Positions 8,201-16,598 of a stretch of DNA of 64,000 nucleotides are shown one piece after another. Below the pieces are notes generated by a model, which was given only the letters and a program-made list of their open reading frames with translations, was not told the origin of the DNA and ran no database searches. The stretch comes from an uncultured Acidobacteriota bacterium. Its GTDB lineage: Bacteria; Acidobacteriota; Thermoanaerobaculia; Multivoradales; SZUA-115. Location of the stretch: contig CAWDVR010000006.1 in the NCBI GenBank assembly GCA_963805975.1, positions 256,001 through 320,000 of the forward strand, read 5' to 3'. Each line of letters starts with the position of its first letter. Positions within the stretch are counted from its first letter, which is position 1. The translations under genes were made by a program, and so were the position numbers.

Positions 8201-10436
8201 CGTCCGCCTCCGACGGCGCCCGAACCGACTCTGCCGCCGGCTCGGGAGCCGGCGCGAACACCACCGTCGCCGTCGCTCCGCAGGCGACCAGGCTCGCGAC
8301 GATCAGAAAGCCCAGCCGGGCGATCGTCGGGTTGGCCGACAGCATGAGCACCGAGAGGCCCGCTCCCACCACCAGGACGTTGGCGGCGACACGGCGCAGG
8401 ACCGCGGCGTGCTCGGCGGCCGAGCCCTCGTGGAAGGCGAGGTGGATGCCGTAGTCCAGCCCCACGCCGACGCCCAGGGCCAGAAACGAGGAGGTGGCGA
8501 CGCCGAGGGGGAGCCCCAGCCAGCCGGCGAGGCCAAGGACCATGAGCAGCGCCCAGACGTTGGCGGCGATGGCGCGGAAAGACCGGCCCCAGCGACCGGA
8601 GGCGAAGCCCAGGAGCAGGAGCGAGACGCCCAAGGCGAGCAGGACGGAGGTGGCCTGGTTGCCGACGATCGACGCGATCAGCGTCCGCCCGCGCTCGGCA
8701 CTGCCGCCCACGGCGACCGCCACCTCGCCCGCGGGAAAGGCCCTGCCCACGGCCGCGTCCACCTCCCGGCGGACCCGGGTCGCGGTGCGGTAGTCGTCGC
8801 TCGCAATTCCCAGGATCAGGCGGGTGGAGGACTGGGGCCGGTCGAGGAACATCCGAGCGAAGATCGCCTCGTTGAAGAAGGCATAGGTCTCGAAGAGGCG
8901 CTCGGCTTCGGCCCGGCTGCCAGGCAGCGGCGGCCGGTCCCGCGCCGGGTCTGCCACCTCCCAGGCCCGGTCGCGGAGCAGGTCGGCGAGGGAGAGCGAG
9001 GCCGTGACCTCCGGCAGAGCGGCCAGATCCTGTTGCAGCCGCTCGATCGTCCGGAGCTCCGGCGGCTCGGTCCAGGCCCGTCCGTCCGAGCGGGTCAGCA
9101 TCAGGTCGAGCTGATAGATGCCCACCGACTCCTTCTCGAACCAGCGCACGTCCTCGACGATGGGATGGTCGGAGCGGAAGTTCTGGGTCCAGCCGTCGTC
9201 GATGCGCAGGCGCAGGAGGCCGGGGAGCAGCAACAGCGAGAGCGCGAGCATCAGCGCCGGAAGCCAGCGCCGGCCGCCGGCCGGATGGATCGCGGCCAGG
9301 GTGCCCCATTTTCTTCCTTCGCGAATGGGAACCAGGGCGAGGACGGCCGGCACGAGGGTGACGCTGATCAGCCAGGAGACCGCGAGCCCGATGCCCGCGA
9401 TCAGGCCGAACACCTGGAGCGCCGGTGCCTCGGTGGCCCAGAAGGAGGCAAAGCCGATCACCGTCGTGAGGGTGATGGCGGTACACGGGAAGAAGAGCCG
9501 TTTCAGGGTCTCCCAGGCATGGGCCACGGCCGGTTCGTCCGGCCTCTCCCGGCGCAGTGCCAGGAAGGTGCCGAAGAAGTGGATCTCGTCCGCAATGCCG
9601 AGCACGGTGATGAGCACCGGGATCATCGCCGTCATCAGCGAGAGCGGGTGCCCGAGCCGGGTCTGGATCGCGAGGGTCAGCACCACCGCCACCCCGGACT
9701 GGAAGAGGGCCAGACCCACCAGCACCCAGGAGCGGAAGAGACCCCAGAAGAGCAGCGCGATGACCAGGAAGCTCCAGGGCAGCAGGCGCTTCAGATCCTC
9801 GAACACCGTCTGGCCGAGGCCGTTCAAGACCACGTAGCGGCCGAGCAGGCGGACGCGGTACTCGCCGGGACCGCGGGCGTCGAGCTTGGTGAAGGCTTCC
9901 CGGAGCCGCTTCTCGATGCTCGCCACCCCGGTGGCCGAGAGCGCCGGCGTCTCCAGGAAGACCGCGCGCCGCGATCGCCCGGCGGCGAGCTGGCCGGTCA
10001 CCGCGGTGGTGGCCAGGGCGCGCTCGATCCATTCCGTGCTCGGGGGATGGAGAAGGTACGGCTCGCCGGCCGCGTCCCGCGCCGCGAAGCGGGGGCGGAA
10101 GAGGCGATCGAGGACGAGCTGCTCGACGTTCCGGCTGACCGAGAGCTGCTGCAGGAAGAAGTGGAGGTCTTGGCGAAAGACGGGATCCGAGATCGTCCGG
10201 CCGACGGCCTCGAAGGCGATGATCAGCCGCTCGTCTGAGCCGAAGCGCTCGCGGATCGCCTGGTCCGCGGCGAGGACCGGGCTGCCGGCAGGCAGCAGGT
10301 CGAGGTCGTTGACCCGGATCCGGACCTCGGCGAGCGGCCTCGCCAGGAGGGCCACGGCCACCAGCATCGCAACGAGGGCGACGGCGAGAAGGATGCGGCC
10401 CCAGGCCGGGGAGATGCGGGGCCGGATGAGCTTCAG
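8187..10436 (-). CDS. MMPL/RND family transporter
   Basis: Two-repeat topology (TM, periplasmic loop, TM bundle) with GIADEIHF and GVGLDYGIH motifs; inferred CTG start at 10436 overlaps the upstream TGA; first ATG is at 10367. Confidence 0.9.
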   Translation of the reverse strand: MKLIRPRISPAWGRILLAVALVAMLVAVALLARPLAEVRIRVNDLDLLPAGSPVLAADQAIRERFGSDERLIIAFEAVGRTISDPVFRQDLHFFLQQLSVSRNVEQLVLDRLFRPRFAARDAAGEPYLLHPPSTEWIERALATTAVTGQLAAGRSRRAVFLETPALSATGVASIEKRLREAFTKLDARGPGEYRVRLLGRYVVLNGLGQTVFEDLKRLLPWSFLVIALLFWGLFRSWVLVGLALFQSGVAVVLTLAIQTRLGHPLSLMTAMIPVLITVLGIADEIHFFGTFLALRRERPDEPAVAHAWETLKRLFFPCTAITLTTVIGFASFWATEAPALQVFGLIAGIGLAVSWLISVTLVPAVLALVPIREGRKWGTLAAIHPAGGRRWLPALMLALSLLLLPGLLRLRIDDGWTQNFRSDHPIVEDVRWFEKESVGIYQLDLMLTRSDGRAWTEPPELRTIERLQQDLAALPEVTASLSLADLLRDRAWEVADPARDRPPLPGSRAEAERLFETYAFFNEAIFARMFLDRPQSSTRLILGIASDDYRTATRVRREVDAAVGRAFPAGEVAVAVGGSAERGRTLIASIVGNQATSVLLALGVSLLLLGFASGRWGRSFRAIAANVWALLMVLGLAGWLGLPLGVATSSFLALGVGVGLDYGIHLAFHEGSAAEHAAVLRRVAANVLVVGAGLSVLMLSANPTIARLGFLIVASLVACGATATVVFAPAPEPAAESVRAPSEADARRA

Positions 10437-10888
10437 GGCGGGCAGAAGACCTCCACCTCCGCGCCCGTGCCCCCGGTCTGGAGCTCGCCGGCATCGAGGC
10501 GGTCGCCATCGCCGTCGTCATCGTCCAGGAAGGCCGCGTCCGGCAGCACGAGCACCTGCCAGAGAGCCCTCCGGGAGGGGGTCAGCGGGCGGCGGACCCA
10601 GTGCTGAGAGGAAGCGTGGAGGTAGGCCTGGCAGTCCCTGCTCTCCGCATCGCCCACGGCGAAGCCGGGCCAGGTCAGGGATCGCTCGTCGAGGAAGACA
10701 CGGCGCGCGGCGAGCTCGGGTGGGGGAGAAAGCGGCGGGCGCCAGGCGGGCACGGCGAGCGGAGTCAACTGCTCGCCGGCCCGGGTGGCGATCTCGAAAG
10801 CGGGCTGGAGGGCCGGCCGGGTGCGCAGCGCCTGCCAGAAGATCAGGCCGAGGGCGACCAGGAAGAGCGCCGCCATCCGTCGGTCCAT
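10433..10888 (-). CDS. Hypothetical membrane-anchored protein (151 aa) with an acidic DDDDGDGD loop
   Basis: N-terminal hydrophobic helix MDRRMAALFLVALGLIFW; GAGAGGG upstream; coupled to the MMPL gene. Confidence 0.7.
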   Translation of the reverse strand: MDRRMAALFLVALGLIFWQALRTRPALQPAFEIATRAGEQLTPLAVPAWRPPLSPPPELAARRVFLDERSLTWPGFAVGDAESRDCQAYLHASSQHWVRRPLTPSRRALWQVLVLPDAAFLDDDDGDGDRLDAGELQTGGTGAEVEVFCPP

Positions 10889-10908
10889 CGAGCTCGCCCT
10901 CTCGAGGC

Positions 10909-11547
10909 CTACGGCATCTCGAACGAGCCGGTCAGGATGCGACCAACGACCTCTCCCGGACGGTCGGCGTCCTCGAGGTTGACCGAGCTCACCATCTTGT
11001 AGAGGGTGCCCGACGGCGGCGGAAAGTCCCGTACGTCGTCGCTGCGCAGGGTGGCCGGAGTGACCGTGCGGAAAGTCTGGCCCGGCAGGGCCTCGAAGGT
11101 CACGAACACGTTGAAGCTCATCACCTGCACTGCCGGGAAGCTGGTTCCGGGAGTCTGCTCCCAGATCGCGCTCTTGCCGGGCCGGGACTCGTCGAGCCAG
11201 TAGTTGACCGCGCCGAGGCCCTCGACCACGGAGGCTACGCTGACGTTGGTGATGTTGAGCGGCACGGTCATCTGGCCGGCGGAGTTCCGGTAGGGCGTGC
11301 CAGTCTTGCCTTCGATCGACGGGCCACCGATACCCACGGACTCGAACGGCGCGCCGAGCTGGGCGAGCTGGAGGGTGTGCTTCGGGTTGCCGTTCACCTT
11401 CTTGACGGGCGGGCACTTGAACGTGCCCTGCGGCAGGGCGGCGATCGCGGCGTCGGCCGAAGGAGCGGAGGCCATCCAGGCCCCTGCGCCCAGGGCGAGG
11501 GCGAAAGCCAAAGCCAGGCTGAGTGTGGATCTTCCAGACATTTGCAT
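10909..11547 (-). CDS. Secreted beta-rich hypothetical protein, paralog A
   Basis: Sec signal peptide ending ADA-A; AAAGGGGA Shine-Dalgarno; roughly half identical by eye to 11941-12591. Confidence 0.88.
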   Translation of the reverse strand: MQMSGRSTLSLALAFALALGAGAWMASAPSADAAIAALPQGTFKCPPVKKVNGNPKHTLQLAQLGAPFESVGIGGPSIEGKTGTPYRNSAGQMTVPLNITNVSVASVVEGLGAVNYWLDESRPGKSAIWEQTPGTSFPAVQVMSFNVFVTFEALPGQTFRTVTPATLRSDDVRDFPPPSGTLYKMVSSVNLEDADRPGEVVGRILTGSFEMP

Positions 11548-11588
11548 TGCGTTCCCCTTTCCAACCAGGGAGGTTGGGAGTTGTCCCG
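11548..11588 (-). promoter_or_regulatory. Conserved 5'-UTR hairpin and SD element, copy A
   Basis: CGGGACAACTC-CCAACC-TCCCT-GGTTGG-AAAGGGGAACGCA-ATG; near-identical copy at 12592-12632. Confidence 0.7.
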
Positions 11589-11689
11589 GCCAACGCCTCC
11601 GGCACGAGGAAAACCTCGGTGTTGGCGATGAGCTGGGCGATTTGCGAATAGAAATTTTCAAATGTCCTGTCTAATTGCTGGGCGGGCGT

Positions 11690-11718
11690 AGACTAGTGCA
11701 CCTGAAAAAGTTTGTCAA
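11690..11718 (-). promoter_or_regulatory. Sigma70-type promoter for paralog A
   Basis: TTGACA-N17-TAGTCT on the minus strand within an AT-rich patch. Confidence 0.8.
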
Positions 11719-11890
11719 ATAGTTTTTTGCTCGTGTTGACCCAACAGGCGCTGTCTAGACATTCTTCGTGAAGTCGAAAGAGGAGCGAGAGGAAAAGGCG
11801 AGGCGCGGTGGACGGGGGCACCTGCTCTAGGTGCAGGTGGCGAACTGGGAGGTGGAGGGCCGATCGGCTGTCCAGCGCCTGCCATCAGGC

Positions 11891-11930
11891 GGAGGGCGGC
11901 GAAAAGAGCGCCGCCAGTCGCCGGCCCTCC
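11891..11930 (-). terminator. GC-rich inverted repeat downstream of paralog B (terminator or stabiliser)
   Basis: GGAGGGCGGCGA...TCGCCGGCCCTCC imperfect stem 10 nt after the stop codon; no clear U-tract. Confidence 0.4.
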
Positions 11931-11940
11931 TTCGAAGCGG

Positions 11941-12591
11941 CTACGGCATCACGAACTGGCCTGCCTCGATCCTCCCCACCACCTTGCCGGGGTTCTGGGT
12001 ATCTTCGAGATCTACCGGGCTTTGTAGGTTGTAGACAGTCCCTGGCGGCGGCGGGAAAGCACGCACGTCGTTGCTGCGGACGCTGGCCGCATGACGTGAC
12101 CGGAAGATCCTGCCGGGCATGGACTCGACGGAGACGAAGAAATTGAAGCGCATGTCTTGGATGGCTGGGAACTCGGTGCCGGGAACCTGCTCCCAGATCG
12201 CGCCTTGCACCGGACGAGAGTCGTCGAGCCAGTAGTTGACGGCCCCGAGGCCCTCAGCGGCCGAAGGAACGTTGAAGCCGGTAACCTGGAGGGGGACAGT
12301 CTTCTGACCGGCGCTGTTCACAAACGCAGGTCCGGCCGTACCCTCGAGGCCGGGGCCACCGATAGACCTGGTGGCGAAGGAGCTACCGAGGTCGTTGAAG
12401 GAGACCTGGTGGAAGACGGACCCCGAGGTCTTCTTGTACGGAGGGGGCGGGCATCGGAAGCTTCCAGGGACCGGCAAATTGGCAGCGCTCACGGCGGCGT
12501 CAGCCGTGGGAGCTGTCATCCATATGCCGAGGCTCGTGGCGAGGGCCAGTGCCAAGGCCAAGCTGAGCGAAGCCCTTCCAGACAGTCGCAT
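11941..12591 (-). CDS. Secreted beta-rich hypothetical protein, paralog B
   Basis: Signal peptide ending ADA-A; shares EGLGAVNYWLD, AIWEQxPGTxFPA and FPPP motifs with paralog A. Confidence 0.88.
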   Translation of the reverse strand: MRLSGRASLSLALALALATSLGIWMTAPTADAAVSAANLPVPGSFRCPPPPYKKTSGSVFHQVSFNDLGSSFATRSIGGPGLEGTAGPAFVNSAGQKTVPLQVTGFNVPSAAEGLGAVNYWLDDSRPVQGAIWEQVPGTEFPAIQDMRFNFFVSVESMPGRIFRSRHAASVRSNDVRAFPPPPGTVYNLQSPVDLEDTQNPGKVVGRIEAGQFVMP

Positions 12592-12632
12592 GGCGTTCCC
12601 CTTTCCAACCGCGGAGGTTGGGAGTTGTCCCG
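12592..12632 (-). promoter_or_regulatory. Conserved 5'-UTR hairpin and SD element, copy B
   Basis: CGGGACAACTC-CCAACC-TCCGC-GGTTGG-AAAGGGGAACGCC-ATG. Confidence 0.7.
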
Positions 12633-12735
12633 TTTCCACAACCGTCTCGAGATACAGCCCCGACAGACAGGTATGGAACGAGTCGATTTGCACAATGATA
12701 TTTCCTGATACATATTTCTTTTCTCTAGCATTGAT

Positions 12736-12764
12736 AGACTAATGCCAGCTTGAAAGTGTGTCAA
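12736..12764 (-). promoter_or_regulatory. Sigma70-type promoter for paralog B
   Basis: TTGACA-N17-TAGTCT on the minus strand; same hexamers as 11690-11718. Confidence 0.8.
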
Positions 12765-12889
12765 GTATTATTCGCCTAAGTCCGCTTCCCATGGCCGGGT
12801 GGGGCCGGGCGGATACCGCGCTGGGCCTGATCGTGAGCGCGACTTGGTATAGTTCCCGCCACTATCCGCCCCGCTAGAGACCCCTTCCC

Positions 12890-14035
12890 ATGAATCAACG
12901 CCCGTTCGACGACCGCAACCCGATTCCCCTGGCCCGGCCGTGGATCGACGAGGCCGAGGTGCAGGCGGCGGCCGAGGTGGTGCGCTCCGGGTGGCTCTGC
13001 CAGGGGGCGAAGACCGAGCAGTTCGAGGCCGAGATGGCGGCACGGGTGGGCGCCCGGCACGGCATCGCGGTCTCGAGCGGCTCGACGGCGCTGCTGGTGG
13101 GGCTCGAGACGCTGGGGGTGGGGCCGGGGGACGAGGTCATCGTCCCGGACATGACCTTCATCTCGACCGCCACCTGCGCCCTGCGCCTGGGCGCCAGGGT
13201 GGTGCTCTGCGACATCACCACCACGGACTTCAACCTCGATCCCGAGCGCGTCGAACGGCTGGTGACGTCGCGCACCAAGGCGATCGTGCCGGTTCACTAT
13301 GCCGGCCAACTGGCCGAGATGGAGCCGCTCCTCGACATCGCCCGCCGCCACGGCTTGGGCGTCCTCGAGGACGCGGCCGAGGCGCACCTGGCCCGCTACC
13401 GCGGCAGGCGCTTCGCCGGCACCCTGGGCGAGATCGGCATCTTCAGCTTCACGCCCACCAAGCTCATCACCACCGGCGAGGGCGGCATGATCGTCACCGA
13501 CGACGACGAGCTGGCCCGGAAATGCCGCCTGATCCGCAACTTCGGGGACTCGGGCAAGTTCCACTGGGACACCCTGGGCTTCAACTACCGCCTCAACGAG
13601 GTGGCCTCGGCGCTCGGCATCTGCCAGCTCGCCAAGCTCGACCACATCCTTGCCGAGCGCCGCCGAAAGGCCGGGCGCTACGACCAGGCGTTCGCCGGTC
13701 TAGAGCTGGTGACGGCGCCCTGGCTGCGCGGCCCCGAGGACTCGAACTACCAGCTCTACACCGTGCTGCTCGACGTCGACCGCATGACCCTCGATCGCGA
13801 CCAGGTGATCGCCGAGCTGGCGAAGGCCGGCGTCTCCGCGCGGCTCTACTACCCGTCTCTCCACCGGCAGGGCGTGCTCGCCGGCTGCGGCCCGTTCGCG
13901 GACGCCGATTTCCCTGCCGCGCTCGACTTCGAGCGCCGTGCCCTGTCGCTGCCGATCTACACCACCTTGACCGACGCCGAGCAGGACCGGGTGGTCGAAG
14001 TCCTGCTCGCGACCCTCGAGCGCCACCGGCGGTAG
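12890..14035 (+). CDS. DegT/DnrJ/EryC1/StrS family sugar aminotransferase
   Basis: SSGSTAL, PVHYAG, EDAAEA, FSFTPTKLITTGEGG (PLP lysine) and GFNYRL motifs. Confidence 0.96.
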   Translation: MNQRPFDDRNPIPLARPWIDEAEVQAAAEVVRSGWLCQGAKTEQFEAEMAARVGARHGIAVSSGSTALLVGLETLGVGPGDEVIVPDMTFISTATCALRLGARVVLCDITTTDFNLDPERVERLVTSRTKAIVPVHYAGQLAEMEPLLDIARRHGLGVLEDAAEAHLARYRGRRFAGTLGEIGIFSFTPTKLITTGEGGMIVTDDDELARKCRLIRNFGDSGKFHWDTLGFNYRLNEVASALGICQLAKLDHILAERRRKAGRYDQAFAGLELVTAPWLRGPEDSNYQLYTVLLDVDRMTLDRDQVIAELAKAGVSARLYYPSLHRQGVLAGCGPFADADFPAALDFERRALSLPIYTTLTDAEQDRVVEVLLATLERHRR

Positions 14036-14050
14036 CGGGACGAGCGACCT

Positions 14051-15022
14051 ATGCCCACTGGCAAGAAAGTCCTCATCACCGGCGGCGCCGGCTTCATCGG
14101 CACTCACACCGCAGAGCTCCTGGCGGCCGACAACGAGGTGACGCTGCTCGACCTGGGCTTCGACGGGCCGTTGCGTTTCAGCCCGCTCGCCGCCGACCCC
14201 CGGGTGCGCAAGGTGACGGCGGACGTGCGCCAGGCCGAGCCGCTGGCGAGCGAGGTGGCGCGCGCCGACCTGGTGCTGCACTTCGCCTCGCTGGTGGGCG
14301 TGCAGTGGGTGATCGACCACGCCCGCGACACGCTCGACACCATCGTCCAGGGCACCCGCAACGTGCTCGAGGCGGCGCGGGCCAACCCGCGTCTCGAGCG
14401 GCTGATCTACATCTCGACCAGCGAGGTCTACGGCAACATCATGGACGCCACCGAGGGCGCCTCGGCCTCGGTGGGCACCGCCAACGACCCGCGCCTCTCC
14501 TACGCCTCGGCCAAGCTCCTGGGCGAGCACCTGGTGTGGGCCTACCACCGCGACTTCCGGCTGCCGAGCGTCATCCTGCGGCCGTTCAACATCTTCGGGC
14601 CGCTGCGCACCACGGCCAACGCGGTGGGCATCTTCGCCGCACGGGCGCTCGCCGGCCGCGAGATCAAGCTGCATGGCGACGGCAGCCAGCTCCGTTCCTG
14701 GTGCTACATCGAGGACTTCACCTCGGCGGTGCTCGCCTGCCTGGACAAGCCGGCCGCGGTGGGGCAGGATTTCAACATCGGCAACCCGGTGACGGCGACC
14801 ACCATCTACGACCTCGCGGAGCGCATCATCCGCCTCTCCGGCAGCCGATCGCAGATCGTGCGCACGCCCTACACGTTCAGCGACATCGGCGTGCGGGCGC
14901 CGAACTCGAGCAAGGCGCGGGAGCTGCTGGGCTACGTGCCGCGCTTCGACCTCGACGCCGGCTTGCGGCCCACGATCGAGTGGCACGGCCGGCACCTCGA
15001 CGCGCTGCAGCACTGGTTGTAG
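14051..15022 (+). CDS. NAD-dependent epimerase/dehydratase (extended SDR)
   Basis: TGGAGFIG, STSEVYG, YASAK and RPFNIFGP motifs. Confidence 0.95.
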   Translation: MPTGKKVLITGGAGFIGTHTAELLAADNEVTLLDLGFDGPLRFSPLAADPRVRKVTADVRQAEPLASEVARADLVLHFASLVGVQWVIDHARDTLDTIVQGTRNVLEAARANPRLERLIYISTSEVYGNIMDATEGASASVGTANDPRLSYASAKLLGEHLVWAYHRDFRLPSVILRPFNIFGPLRTTANAVGIFAARALAGREIKLHGDGSQLRSWCYIEDFTSAVLACLDKPAAVGQDFNIGNPVTATTIYDLAERIIRLSGSRSQIVRTPYTFSDIGVRAPNSSKARELLGYVPRFDLDAGLRPTIEWHGRHLDALQHWL

Positions 15023-15044
15023 AGGCAGGGGAAGAGCCCCAAGG

Positions 15045-16598
15045 ATGGCCCCAGCGACCATGGACTCACCAGCCACCAAGCCCCGCTGGGGGATCGTGCT
15101 CCGCCTCTTCGCGGACGTGCTGATGATCCAGGCGGCGCTGGTCGCGGCGCTCGCGGCGCGGCTGATCTACCACCTGGCGACCCTGGGTCCGGAAGCCGAC
15201 GCCCAGGTGGGCAAGCTGGTCGCCGCCTTCATCCACTACTACGGCCAGACGGCGCTGCCGCTCACCGGCATCTCGCTCGTGGTCTTCGGCCTGATGGGCT
15301 TCTACACCTACGGCCGCTCCTACCAGAGCCGCTACAAGGCGCTGGTGGTGTTCCAGGCCGTGACCCTGGCCTACTTGATCTTCGGGTTCGTGACCCTGTT
15401 CTTCGGCGGCGTGGCGCCGCTGCCGAGGAGCGCCCTGGTCTTCGCCTGGCTGCTGACCTCCGCCTTCACGATCGGCGCCCGTGTCTGGTCGATGACCTGG
15501 AAGAAGGTGCAGGAAGCCGAGGAGCGCCGCGTGCTCGCGGGCTCGAGCGACGAGGTGAAGAACGTGCTGGTGATCGGCGGCGCCGGCTACATCGGCTCGG
15601 CGCTCCTGCCGCTGCTGCTCGACAAGGGCTACCGGGTGCGGGTGCTGGATCTGATGGTGTTCGGCGACCAGCCGATCCGCAAGGTCGCCCGGCATCCCAA
15701 CCTCGAGCTGGTGCGCGGCGACTTCCGGCACATCGAAAAAGTGGTGGCGGCGCTCTCCGGCATCGACACGGTGATCCACCTGGGGGCCATCGTCGGCGAT
15801 CCGGCCTGCAGCCTGGACGAGGAGCTGACCATCGACGTCAACCTCTCGGCGACGCGCATGATCGGCGAGCTGGCCAAGGCGGCGGGGGTGCGGCGCTTCC
15901 TCTTCGCCAGCACTTGCTCGGTGTACGGCGCGAGCCGCGAGATCGTCGACGAGAGGAGCGTGGTCAAGCCGCTGTCGCTCTACGGCCAGACCAAGGCGGC
16001 CTCCGAGAACCTGCTCCTCGCCATGGCGAGCGAGCGCTTCGCGCCGGTGGTCGCCCGCTTCGGCACCATCTACGGCCTGTCGGGCCGCACCCGCTTCGAC
16101 CTGGTGGTCAACCTGCTCGCGGCCCGGGCCAAGGTGGAGAAGAAGATCACCCTCTTCGGCGGCGAGCAGTGGCGGCCGTTCGTACACGTGGAGGACGCCG
16201 CCCGCGCCCTGCTGCTGATGCTCCAGGCGCCGCTCGCCGCCGTCCGCCGCGAGGTGTTCAACGTGGGCTCGAACGAGCAGAACCTCACCGTGGCCGACGT
16301 CGGGCGCCTGGTCGCCCGGCTGGTGCCCGGCTCCGAGGTGGTGATCGAGGACAACTCCCAGGACAAGCGCGACTACCGGGTGAGCTTCGACCGCATCCGC
16401 GACCGCCTGGGCTTCAAGCCGGCGTGGACCGTGGAGCTCGGCATCCTGCAGGTGCTCGAGGCCATCGCCGGCGGCGAGATCCGCGACTACCAGTCCCCCC
16501 AGTACAGCAACGTCAAGTTCCTGAGCGAGGTGCCCTCGGTGATGCCCTCCCGCGACGACTGGGTGAGGGAAGCCCTGAGTGGCGTGGTGGGGGAGTAG
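15045..16598 (+). CDS. NAD-dependent epimerase/dehydratase fused to an N-terminal 4-TM domain
   Basis: Four hydrophobic helices, then GGAGYIGS, STCSVYG, YGQTK and RFDLVVN. Confidence 0.92.
   Translation: MAPATMDSPATKPRWGIVLRLFADVLMIQAALVAALAARLIYHLATLGPEADAQVGKLVAAFIHYYGQTALPLTGISLVVFGLMGFYTYGRSYQSRYKALVVFQAVTLAYLIFGFVTLFFGGVAPLPRSALVFAWLLTSAFTIGARVWSMTWKKVQEAEERRVLAGSSDEVKNVLVIGGAGYIGSALLPLLLDKGYRVRVLDLMVFGDQPIRKVARHPNLELVRGDFRHIEKVVAALSGIDTVIHLGAIVGDPACSLDEELTIDVNLSATRMIGELAKAAGVRRFLFASTCSVYGASREIVDERSVVKPLSLYGQTKAASENLLLAMASERFAPVVARFGTIYGLSGRTRFDLVVNLLAARAKVEKKITLFGGEQWRPFVHVEDAARALLLMLQAPLAAVRREVFNVGSNEQNLTVADVGRLVARLVPGSEVVIEDNSQDKRDYRVSFDRIRDRLGFKPAWTVELGILQVLEAIAGGEIRDYQSPQYSNVKFLSEVPSVMPSRDDWVREALSGVVGE

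Noticed and set aside
10909-12693. Shared peptide GQLPTSxVGKGNA in the extended ORFs of both paralogs
   Set aside because: It is the translation of the conserved UTR element; the SD and signal peptide place the starts at 11547 and 12591
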